Source: Podarcis tiliguerta (lineage: Eukaryota). Taken from it: a DNA stretch of 64,000 nt. How positions within the stretch are numbered: the first letter of the stretch is position 1; every line of letters begins with the position of its first letter. The notes beneath the pieces are model-generated. The model was not told where the DNA came from. It searched no databases and saw only the letters and a program-made list of their open reading frames with translations. Made by a program: the position numbers and the translations under genes. This document shows positions 27,601-38,830 of this stretch, piece by piece. The DNA lies in the NCBI GenBank assembly GCA_965153285.1, contig OZ229114.1, one strand, 5' to 3'.

Positions 27601-30600
27601 TTACAGGACTCTTCCCAAGACATTTATGCGATTCAATGAGTAATGCAATATAATTGAGGTTTAAATTAAATGTAGCCTACTCAAAACAGCTGTCTTGTGT
27701 TACAGCTAGGGCAAGAAAAGGTCTCTTTAGGATTATTTTCTCTTTAAGTCAACAAAATAAACAACAGTCCCTTTTGAAGAAGTTGTTAAACACTTCTTGA
27801 CCTCTGTTTTACAACTGGCAATGGTTCTGTTTAACAGAATGTGTTTAGAGAAGTTCCTAAGAATTTCCTATATGACGTTGCTAAGCTACTACCAGCAGGT
27901 GTATAAATCAGTGTCAGCCTGCTTTGTGTGGAACGGGAATTCAAGAAAACACTGTGAATAGTACAACATTGGGGCTAGTTACAGTAAAAGGAGAAGCTGG
28001 TTTCCCGGTTTCTTGCAAAGCACACCTTAAAATGGCTATTTTCTATCTTTGACAGTATTACAAAGTTAGTTTCCCAGGAAAAGCCAAGGTTCCAAACAAA
28101 AGGTAGACCAGCATCAGCATATGTGGTGGACTAATTTCTTCCCAATGATGCTTCTCTCGGGCTATTGTTAACACATTGCTCAAGCCCTCATATTTTTCAG
28201 CTTCACAAACACAGCAGGACCCATCTTGAAAGGGCATCTTGAAAGATCAAGATTATCCATCTGTTTATAAAGGTTAATCTACACGAATGAATTGTATAGG
28301 GGATAAACACTGACACCATAACAGTTGGGGTCATTGTTCATATCCATAGCTATTTTGGATTGCAAACACTTTGAGCAGGATGCACATAACAAGTCCCATC
28401 AGCAGAAGCCCTGCATGAGGACTTCTGTTTGCACAAGTCTGTACCATCAGCTTTCAGAAGTACCATCTTTACTTAGAAAGTATTCCACTCACTGGTGTAT
28501 CCACACATCTAGTTTGGTGTCTGTACAAATGTGAACATAAAGTCATATCTCTGCTTCAACAATCCTATAAATATGTTGACCTGGCACCAAAAACCCATGC
28601 ACCTAGCAATTATTGGTTGGTTACCAACAGGAATATAGTGCTTAGCATTCTGTGGTGGCAGAAATGAAACACACCTCCTGGCATGGCACTTCTCATAACA
28701 ATATATTTAAAGCTTAACAAAAATATTTGTTTTGGCCCAGAACAAAGGAACCTGGCACCCATCAGGTACAGCAAATGCAAGCCCCATTGATTGCAAAAAT
28801 ACAGCTCAACTTCTACAGTGAGCAAAGTAACTTTTAAAAAAAAGAACTTCACAAACTCCAGCCTAGGCAACCTGCCAAAAATTCATGTATTATTGACCCT
28901 CAAATGATTTTACCAGTCTACTCAAACACAGATAATTGTTTACACATGCGAAATCCGAGAGCGCATTTTCAGAGCATATACCGAAACTCAATGTGGGAAA
29001 GTCATCTGCAATACAAGAGTCAGATAACAAAACATAGGGAACAAAAAGTCTCCAGATACGCTTCACCAACATAAAAAGATGTTTTGTTCTGTCCTTGTAA
29101 CTTGAGTGTTGCTGGATTAATGGTGCCTTCACTGGGCAGGTAGCACATTTCTGTCTTCCCTTCAACATTCCGATTCAGATGTAGAGCGAGTCGGCGCATA
29201 TCTGTTATGGTCAACAGATCTGCTGTACACTAGAGCTCAACTTTAACTTAAGGTTATTAAAGCTGAAACATACTTGGTAGTTCACAATACTGATTATGCT
29301 TAGGAGTAAATTACAGGAGACTTGGAAGATCTAGAACTGCATCTCACAACTGTTTTTTACTTTATAGCAGCCACAGAGGCGGTGTGTGAGAATTTATTTA
29401 TTTATAAAGGTTTTTGTTTGTTCGCTTCCCTTGCACTAAATTATCCTCCTCCAAAATCAGCTGCTGTGTTTGCACCCAGCAAACAGTATACACGTCTTCT
29501 CAGAAGTAAGTACCATTGTGTTAAATAAGGCTTGCTTCCAGGCAGAGCACAACCCGAAAATATTTAAGCTGAAGTGTATTCATCCCGAGGGATGACTGTA
29601 CTTGGGCATCTCTGCTCAGTTAAACAACTACCTTGACCACTGTTCAATTGCTTGCTTGGATGTATTTATGCTTAATTCCACATTTTTAGATTACATCAAC
29701 ATATGATGGCATGTCATCGTGCTGCAGATTGCAACACACACTTAGTCCTTTATTAACTCATCTGCTAATTAAAAGGGAGAGAGAAAAGGTGCAATGAGAG
29801 TATTCACAGATCTGTATGGCAGTGATAGGCGATTTATTAGGTGACTGGCTTTCTCTTGCCTCACCAGTCAAATGGATCAAATAAATCCTTATCCTCCATT
29901 AACAGGAGTATAGGATTAACTCAGGATTTAAATAGGTGAATAATGACTGATGCCAATTCCATCTCAAAGTTAATTTCCAACCAACCAACCCCCACCTACT
30001 TTTTAAAGACCATGGCTTTCATCCCCATCCTCCCCCCGGCCACCTCTCCCTGTGGCCAAAACTGGTTAGTTTTGTTTTATTTCAAACCAAGAAGCACAGA
30101 TTTAAAACAAACTCTCTACTCTGTTAATTGTCACAGGATGTTGTTCTTGCCAACAGCATAAAGAGAAGGCTCAGATCAATTCAGGAGCTTAAACAGTATG
30201 TTACGATGTAGTATACCTCTTAAGTTCCACATGGAACTTAGGCCTTCCCTGGTTAGCCTTTTAATGAGGCAGAAGCAACCAGCATTAGCAAAAGTATTTG
30301 AAAGACTGTTTCAGCAACTATTTGATCCATTACAAGGATATTCTGTGGATTTCAGACGATGTTTTTCATAAGAGTATCATTAAAACGTACAAATGCATGA
30401 AATGATTATGAATGATTTTCAAAACAAAACAGGACTTCTTAAGTCCAGCATTAATGGGCCATGAGTTTTCAAACCTATGCTCGTTTGCCAGGTGGGTTCA
30501 AAACACAGATGAAAGGGAGGCAGTCATGGAAGGAATCCAGGCAGCAGAAAAACACACAACCGCCTGCTCATTTGCCATCCCTCATTAAGCTCATGCGGTA

Positions 30601-33600
30601 TTGGTAGACGACACGTCCCACAGAACAAGTGGCTAGAACAAGTTTCATGAATATTTTGGCATTTAAGCAAAGCTCAGGTGTGCTGCTAACAAAACACACG
30701 TTTCCCTTGCATTTTAACATCCCATTGTAATGTTCCCGACTGCACATACTGCCCAAATATTCGAAATGATGATACACTTTTTAATTTCCCATTACCAAAG
30801 CTGTCGCTTTCCCTCATTATCAATTACTTCTTTCTTACCCCCCCCCCTCATTACCCCCCTATTACTTGTTTTATGGTGGGTTTTTTAACTATTGCAGAAA
30901 ATGCCATAAAATTTAAAAGGTGGCCACTGGCAAAATCTTATTTCAAACAGAAATTATGAAAGATGAATATTAAAAAACTGGCACTGAAATTGAATCAATC
31001 ACTGCCAGTGCTACTTGGACCAGGGAGGGGGCCATTTCTAAACCTGTTCCCAACTTTGATACCAAACCAAGACAGCATTACAGTTGTTTACTAACAACAA
31101 GCCTTTGTGCCATATAGCACCAATTTCACTATTAAGCATAACATACCACAAACATCATCTATCATCAATAACCTAAACCCAGTACTAATTACAGGGTCAC
31201 TAGTTGACATCTGTTAATTTTCTGCCTTTTAATTATTATCCTCTGTAGATAAAGGTTTAATTACAAGACCAGACAATTAAAAGGTGGTTAATTCTTAACC
31301 AGGTGAAAATTTTCTCAGTTCCTTTAACAGAAGGGCAAAGAACTGGTTCATGAACATATAAATATTCCCCACAAATAGTGGCTAGGATCTAAAGTGTTAT
31401 GGGATAAGGTATCTTCTGGCACCCCTTCCAACCTTGGTTCTCGTGCTCCCCCAAAACAAACTGAAAGTTGGGGGACCCTCAAAAGTTCAGTGCAATGCAA
31501 TGGGCTGCAGTCAAAAAGGGAAGCTGGATTTAAATGCAGAGAGGGCATTTAAATTATGTTTAGAGGATGCTCCCCCACTTACACAATTTTCACTTTTGCA
31601 TGCAGGGACTGAGAACATAACCCCCACATAAGTGGGGGGATGCCTGTACTGCAGGAAACAGTGTGTTGCACAAGCTTTCTCTCTTTTTTGGCTAATTAAT
31701 TTCTTGTTTTAATTTATATTCCTCTCCTCCAAGAAGCTGGAAATGGCACACACGGTTTCCTCCTCCCCATTACCATTTTATCCTCATAGCAGCCCTGTAA
31801 GAAAGGCTACCCTGAGAGGTGATGAATGGCCCGCGGTCACCCAGTGAGCTTCATGGCCAAGTGGAGAGTTGCACTTGGGCCTCCCTAATTACTGCTGTAC
31901 TTTCATTCCAAGAAAACAAAGGAGAATGAGAGGCCATGCTACATAACTCACTGTTTTCCCCTCAACTCAAAAAAGGTTATCTGGTGCCACTAAGGTTGTA
32001 TCAAAAGATGGCTGGCTTATGTAACTACTAAGCACATTACTGGTTGCTTTTCTGTGGGGACCCTACTTCTATTGTTCCATGTCAAATATTTTAAGAGAAC
32101 TCCACCACACACACACAAAGTATGCTTAGGCACATTGTTCTGTGGCTCTGCTGGAGCCCTCAGTTTGGCACAAGTAAATTGTCCTGGGCAAGGCAAAGGA
32201 ACTGTATGTGTGGTTAGTGATCATACGAACCAGTCCTAATTCTGAATAGGACTAAGAAAGTGTAGCAGAATAGGAAAATGAAGCACAAGCCATCTCACAG
32301 GACTGATATCTTTTAAATTACTGTGTCAGCAACAGAAAGGGGCCATTGATTTTTGAAGAAACCTAAAACCAAAATACTCCAGAGGATATGCAGGAATACC
32401 TAGAACACGATAGCAAGCAATAGCTAAAACGAGGAAGGAAGGAAGGATTATTTGGGCTCAGCAATCAAAATATGAGGCACAAAAGTCAGCGGCAAACGAT
32501 TGTGTTCCTGAAGCTCCTATATAACATAGGCCTTGTTCTTGCCGTTAAGGATATATTTGGGGTGGGGGTGGTTAGTGAAAGGAACCACAGGTTTAAATTG
32601 AAACCATTTCACTCAAAGCCCAGCAAACATATGGAACACGTTATAAGGTAAAAGCCACAGGGGCAAGTCACAGGAACGTGTTCAACAGGCAACTGGATGT
32701 TTTTATGGAATGAGGCAGGAATGAAAGACATCACAGGGAGCGGGAAAACACAAAGGAACAGATGTAAGAGGAGGAGATGGCTTACTGGGCCAAAGGAGTC
32801 TGTCCTGTGTAGCTTGGTCTGCAGCTCTAATGTTAGTCCTGAGCTTTGAAAGCACAATATTTTCAACTGTTGTAAAATTAAAAGTGTGGGAAAAGCACCT
32901 TGGCTTGGCTTGCCTGGACAGCAGTGGAATGTCCTGCACAAATCCTATTCTTGTAGACAGGAATGCCACAAGAGCATCGTAATGAGGCTTGCACAGGAGA
33001 ACTTCTCTGTGGATATCGCCATGGCCCACAAAACATAAAAAACAAAGCAGTATTAGAAATAAGCCAGGCACCAGGTGCCAGGCACGTTTTGCGACTGCTG
33101 CAGGTCCAATTGCAACCATATTGGAGATCTCTGGATGCCAGGTTGACATCTCCATCTGGCTGGCCCCTCCAGCTTTCTTAAGCAGGTTAGCAGAAGAGCT
33201 TATTTATTGCATTTATATCCCACTTTTTTCTCCAAGGAGTACATGCCTCACCCTCACTTCTCAGTTAATGCCTACAGTGACCTTGTGAGGTATCTTAATA
33301 GGCTGTAATTGAACCCACTCAGAGAGCTTAATGACTGAGTGGGGAATTGAACCCTGATCTCCCAGGTCCTAGTCCGGTACTCTAACCACTACACCACACT
33401 TTCTTCCTAGAGCACTTCTGCTATGAGGCAGCTATATAAATTACGTAGTAAATAAATATGTCACTTAGAGAAGGATTTGAAATATTTTCCTTGAAGCTTG
33501 AATTTGTTTTATTCTGTATTGTTTTATTTGATGTTTTAATGTGCTGTAAACCGCTTTGAGATTTTTGTCTTTAAATTACAAAGCGATATAGAATTTATTA

Positions 33601-33646
33601 TTATCATTGTTAATAGAAGAAGAAGAAGAAGAAGAAGAAGAAGAAG

Positions 33647-33691
<45 letters not shown>

Positions 33692-36600
33692 TCTTGGGGG
33701 AATAGTGCCTAAACAATAACCCAGGTTTAAGGTGCCATTTGGCAATTAGCTTATCTATCTGAGTTTCTAACACTGAAACAAAGGTATCGCCAGCAGGGCT
33801 CTGCAATTTTGAGGTCCTTATGGTTTCTTTTTCCTTAACTTTCTGGAAGCAGAAAAAACTTCATATCTTCCCCTTTTAAAAGGGAGGGAGAAGTAGAAAT
33901 ATTATCCTCCTGTGCAAAGCTACACTCCCAGTACATTACGCAGGTGCTGGCTATCGTGCCACTGGCACTGGACCAAGATGGGGCTATGAAGAATAAAACA
34001 GGGAGGGGGGCACACTATCGTCTGGAAGGGCCCTGAAAGGACTCTCACTGGATAAACAGCTCTCAGCTTTCACTTCTGTAGAAAGTTATTGTTCCAATTT
34101 TTCCTGTGCGAGTGTTAATAATTACCACTTTATAAGCTGAGGTAGTTTGTTGTAATATGTATACACCTCAGATCCACAGGCTCAAACAAGCCTGTAAATT
34201 GACATAAAACTAGGATATTGCTTAATGATTAACTGCTGTGCATAACACATCTGTTACCTTTTTCTAAGACCACTCTACGGACTGCCACATTACCATGTCA
34301 AAAGTGATCCAAGATAATCAGTAATCCAAACTCCAAAGCACCCTTCTCTGTGCTTTGTTAAGGGAAGCCTCAGTACAGTCCTGTAATCTAGGGGCCGGCA
34401 AGGCTTACTGGGCCTGGGCCGGATCACTCCCGCGGAGATCCTCCAGGGACCAGACCGGTGCAGCGTGACGCCAGAAATCGCATCTGCGCATGTCCATGGC
34501 GCCAGAAATCGCTTCTATGCATACCCAGATGCCGAAAATCTGGAGCCGTGGAAGAGAGTCCCCACATTGTGCTGGTTTAGTGCAGCGTGCGGGGACTTGC
34601 TGAGCAGGCGACTCAGTTTTGGGGTGGCTCATGAGCCGGTTAAACTGCCTCCATGGGCCACTTCCGGCCCATGGGCCTTAGGTTGCCTACCCCTGCTATA
34701 ATCCAACTGTAATTTATTATGGACATGCATGTTTGAAAATACTGGTGTTGCAATAAAATAAAAGGTAAAGGGACCCCTGACCATTAGGTCCAGTTGTGAC
34801 CAACTCTGGGGTTGGGTGCTCATCTCGCTTTATTGGCCAAGGGAGCCGGTGTACAGCTTCCGGGTCATGTGGCCAGCATGACTAAGCCGCTTCTGGTGAA
34901 CCAGAGTAGCGCACGAAAACGCCGTTTACCTTCTCACCGGAGTGGTACCTATTTATCTACTTGCACTTTGACGTGCTTCCAAACTGCTAGGTTGGCAGGA
35001 GCAGGGACCAAGCAACGGGAGCTGACCCTGTCGCGGGGATTCGAACCGCCGACCTTCTGATCGGCAAGTCCTAGGCTCTGTGGTTTAACCTACAGCACCA
35101 CCCGCGTCCCTTGCAATAAAATACCTATCGACTAATGACAAGCACCACAAAGGGTAAAAGGGTAGCTGTTTCTTGCATGTAACAGATAAAGAAAAAGAGA
35201 AAATATTCCAGCACACAGGCAAGAAGATAGGTAAATCTTTCTCAAGTGACATGGGGAAGAAATCAGTGTAACTCTTAAGGAGATTGTTCATTTAAAAATG
35301 AAACCTTGTAGTGGAAAAGTATAGGTGCCTCTGTTGTGCTTTAAGTTGTCTCACCTCATCATTTTATATATAGGGGTTCAACAACAAACTAAATTCTGCC
35401 CACTGACCTTTCCACCTTCTAGTCTGACTCCAGAACTGGCCATTCTTACATACTTGTTGCATAGAATGATAAATGTGAAGCACTTAATATTTGGCATTTT
35501 TCTTAAGAATGTTCGTGATGTTAGTACAATATTAGGAAACCCCTACAGATATGATTAGCCAGAGATTCTACCAATATCAATCTCAGCCTTATTAAGATGG
35601 TAATCAGAGGCTGAAGCAAGGAAGCAAGAAGGAGAATAACTCCCAAATAATCAAGGCACTTTTGCCTCATCCTGTTTCATCTGGACATAAGAAGTCACAT
35701 AAGAGCATCACCAGTACAGTTCTTGAAACTCATTCATTTACATTAACAAACTAAGATAAACAGAGTTGTAGAATTAGGCAAGAAACCTGGAAATACTAAC
35801 TTTCAGCTACTTTAATTGGGAAAGTTTTTTTAAAACAAAGGATGCTGTGCAGTCGTCTTCTCAATGGATTTTCTGCACTTGAATATGAAACCACTTGCAA
35901 GAAATTCCTGAACAGCTAACACTGAAGGAATTGTATTACTTGGCGGTTAACTTCAGCAGGACTCTGTATGGGCACCAGAGTCTCCCATATGGATCCAATT
36001 GCAGGATCAAGGAGATAGCTGTTAAGTGAAAACTTACAACAATGTTTATAGAATTCTGCATTTGTAACCATTTCCTTTATATGTTGCCTTTACCAACATA
36101 TCCTTTATATGGCACCAAGAGTACCACACCAGAGGGTATGGCAGAATATTGCTACATTTATGACAACAGCAATGTTTTCTCTACAATACTGGGTTTACTA
36201 TGCACACAGGTGTCACCAAACTCATACAAGCTCCCCATTTTGCAGGGCCAAGGGAGATTAATATTCACCAAAGCGAAACCACACAAATATAAATATTTAA
36301 GTGTCTAGGTTTATGTAGGAAGTCTTAAATAAATTCTTTTACTGAGGCGAGGCAAAAGATTGCTAACATCAGTGGTTAAAACAAGAATATTTTCATCCTG
36401 CTTGAATGCCTTTTTTTCCTTTTCTTTAAAGAAGTTAGCTGTTTATCAAGAGGGCACATGAGTGCCCCCGGAGGAGCATATTTCTCTCTGAAATAAAAGA
36501 CCCTTCCTCTTTTTCAATTAAAAAGTCGTATGCTCTCCCTAGCTCCACAGAGACAGCAAGAAACGAACAGATTAACCTTCGGAGCGCCTACATTGTGTGA

Positions 36601-38378
36601 CAAATCCTTGTTTACCCTCTCCCCACGCTCCATCTCCCTACATACAATAGCATGACCGCAAGGTTCTTTCTGTGAGCTAAGGAACCCATTAGGTATTAGG
36701 CAATGAAGAGATTACAGTCAAAATGGCATCCCCAGCTGACAGGAAACATTGGAGGATTTTTGTTTGGTTTGGGGGTTTTTTTTGCTTCAGATCACTTAAG
36801 CCTAAGAAGAAATGCCTAGTCCAGGTGCTCCTTTCCACTGGTTTCTTTATTTAATAAAACCTTGGTCCTCAAGGGATAACAGCTTACTTCTTGCCCTATG
36901 TTTCTTTGCCAGAGTTACTGTAGTCAAGGGCTTCCCACCACACAGAAGGACAGGAGTTTGGAATTATGGAACGAAGGGGTTGAAAGAGAGAGAAAGGAAG
37001 CAACCTTTTCTGAATGCATGCAGACCCCAGATGTATGTTTGGACGCTGCTTTAAAAGAATTTACATAGTGAACCGTTAACATGCAGTGCCTCATTAGGGC
37101 CATTCAGTCTACACTACCACAAACATACATAAGAGAGTGAGTTTTTAGTACCAGAGAGTATCCCACACCACAATGCATCACATAGGGATGGTCGCCATCT
37201 AGAGCAAATTCCACCTGGTAGCTGTGTCAGGTTCATCAGTTCCAGCCAGCGTCCCTTGATGTTGCATTCCCAAATGTTATATAAGGTCTGTGTTCACCCT
37301 TCACACATTAACTGTTCATTACACATGCAGAAGGCACTGCCAGGCTTTTTTAAAACAACCCCTAATGCTTATCACCAACACTGTGCATGGGGTCCCACTC
37401 ATGCAATGGGACTTCCCTTTTCTCTGCATGCACACCCTCAGAATCTGCTCCAGAGGGTCCTCCAGGGAGAGGAACATTCCATCACAGAGGTGGAAGCCTT
37501 CTGCACAAGCAAAACAGCAGGGAGGTATACAACCCCACATGTAGCTGGAACATAAGCAGTCTCTCAACCAAGCCCTGGGCAGATCCAAACTCCTTAGCTT
37601 GGGTATGTTGGTCTAGCATCAGAAACCCTGAGACGAGAAAACTGGCTGTACATGAGTCTGGAGCTGGAGAAAAACACTCAGCATGTGCTCAAGACGCACT
37701 TCCTTACTATCACACGTGCTTTAGGACTCAGAGCATCCTTAAACAAACAAAAAACCTGAAGGGCCCAGAATCAGCTTAAAGCAAAACCTGGCAAATAAAG
37801 AGTCCAGGAGTCGGTTCTGGTTGAATCCGGCAGAGAAAGGAACGGAGCCAGGATCGGACCCGCAAGGTAAAGGGAGGAACCAAGAGAGAATCTGACGGAG
37901 CTGGGCACGCGCGCTGGCTCTTTTCGGAGCCCCAGCTGCGCAGGTGATCTGGTGAAGCTGCGCCCCTGGCTTGGCCAACCGGCTTGCTTTGCGCGCTCGC
38001 TCGCTTACCCACAGCCCTGATGAGGAAGCCCTTGGGCGGGCGCAGCGCCCTACGAAGCCAGGCGTCGCGGAGGAGCTGCAGCGGGGCGGCGGGGCCCTGC
38101 AGCAAGAGCACGCCGCCCCGCAGCCAGCCCTGCAGCCACACCCGCGACACGGCACGAGCCAGACCGCCGTTCCAGTAGCAGGCGGCGTTGGCGCGCCGAA
38201 ACGCCTGGAAGACGGCCGCGCCGCTCGCCTCGTCGCCGCAGCTCTCCGCCTCCGGGGCAGCCGCCGCCGCTTCTTCTCCCTCCTCCTCGTGCTGCTGCTG
38301 GTGCTGCTGCAGGCGGCGCAACACCAGGGCCAGAGAGCTCGGCGCCAGCTGCACGGCGCGCCGAGGCGGCCGCGACAT
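21663..38378 (-). CDS. STOX1: Storkhead-box protein 1 (winged-helix transcription factor), complete, 4 exons, 993 aa
   Basis: Exons: 38009-38378 ([20 protein letters not shown]...[22 protein letters not shown]), 27085-27237 ([30 protein letters not shown]...), 22814-25112 (GIATPT...[19 protein letters not shown]...[16 protein letters not shown]...GDSGIDSPR), 21663-21822 ([16 protein letters not shown]...LTPVMNV*). Total 2982 nt, in frame, with diagnostic storkhead motifs. Confidence 0.97.
22071..22168. mobile_element. hAT-type MITE
   Basis: TIRs CATCCTTCACCAACCTG/CAGGTTGGTGAAGGATA, TSD TTATACAT/GTATACAT, and a GGACTACAACTCCCATCA core shared with other copies. Confidence 0.75.
25356..25450 (+). 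repeat. Minisatellite, 3 x 31 bp (AATTGCTTACAGCTAACAGATTTCTGACTTT)
   Basis: Three near-identical tandem copies. Confidence 0.9.
25535..25553 (+). promoter_or_regulatory. Candidate CTCF site in STOX1 intron 2
   Basis: TGGACAAGAGGGGGCAGCA matches the CTCF core. Confidence 0.45.
26457..26599. mobile_element. Degenerate hAT-type MITE
   Basis: GGCCCTCCAGATGTTG...ACTACAGCTCCCATC...TGGAGGG motifs shared with the 54621 and 22071 elements. Boundaries approximate. Confidence 0.55.
33615..33690 (+). repeat. Compound microsatellite, about (GAA)11(GCA)14
   Basis: Directly visible, in STOX1 intron 1 at the tail of a retroelement 3' end. Confidence 0.95.
34389..34695. mobile_element. hAT-type non-autonomous DNA transposon
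   Basis: Imperfect TIRs TAGGGGCCGGCAA/TTGCCTACCCCTG and 8-bp TSD CTGTAATC/CTATAATC. Confidence 0.75.
34761..35110 (-). mobile_element. Sauria SINE, full length
   Basis: tRNA-like head GGGACGCGGGTGGTGCTGTAGGTTAAACC...GGTTCGAATCCC, ACCTTT-type tail, and 13-bp TSD TTGCAATAAAATA (34748-34760 / 35111-35123). Confidence 0.92.
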
Positions 38379-38830
38379 CCTGGAGGTGCCTCACGCTCTG
38401 CCCGTTATTCCCGCCGCTACTGCGGTCGCTACCAAGGGAACCGAGCCCTTGCTGGCAGGGGGCGGGGAAAGAGCGGGCCTGTCTCCACACGGTGGGCAGG
38501 GCCTGCCGGAGAGCGGCTGCTGCGGCCCGACCCCCCTGCCCGCCTCTGGAAATGGCAGGTCCTGCTCCCCTTCAGTCAGGCTCCGACCCTATGAGCGCGC
38601 GCGCGCCTGCCTGGGAACAAACGCCGCCGAAGCCGCGGCGGGAACATGGCTCGTTAAGTTGCGTTGAACATCCTCGAAGGGCCGTAGGCAAATGAGGTCG
38701 CGCGCACGTTTTCTTGCCAGGCTGCCAAAGGGCAGGTCCTCACCAGGGTCGGGTTGGTAGGGCTTCCTGAGGGAGGTTCTCAGCACTTGGGTCTCCAAAC
38801 CATTCAGGACCTTGCGCGCCAGTATATGTA
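37840..38830 (-). promoter_or_regulatory. CpG island / STOX1 promoter
   Basis: GC/CpG-rich block over exon 1, GC box GGGGGCGGGG about 38458-38467, X-box-like GTTCCCTTGGTAGC (minus, 38428-38441). Confidence 0.75.

Noticed and set aside
32703-33155. 150-aa intronic ORF with a hydrophobic stretch
   Set aside because: No recognisable homology or splice context. Compatible with chance.
33536-33806. Poly-Leu and poly-Ala/Ser ORFs
   Set aside because: Translation of an intronic trinucleotide microsatellite.
35030-35110. tRNA-like A/B boxes
   Set aside because: Head of a Sauria SINE, not a tRNA gene. The same applies at about 41840-41911.
37739-38695. Multiple 130-207 aa ORFs around STOX1 exon 1
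   Set aside because: Antisense or alternative frames of a CpG island.
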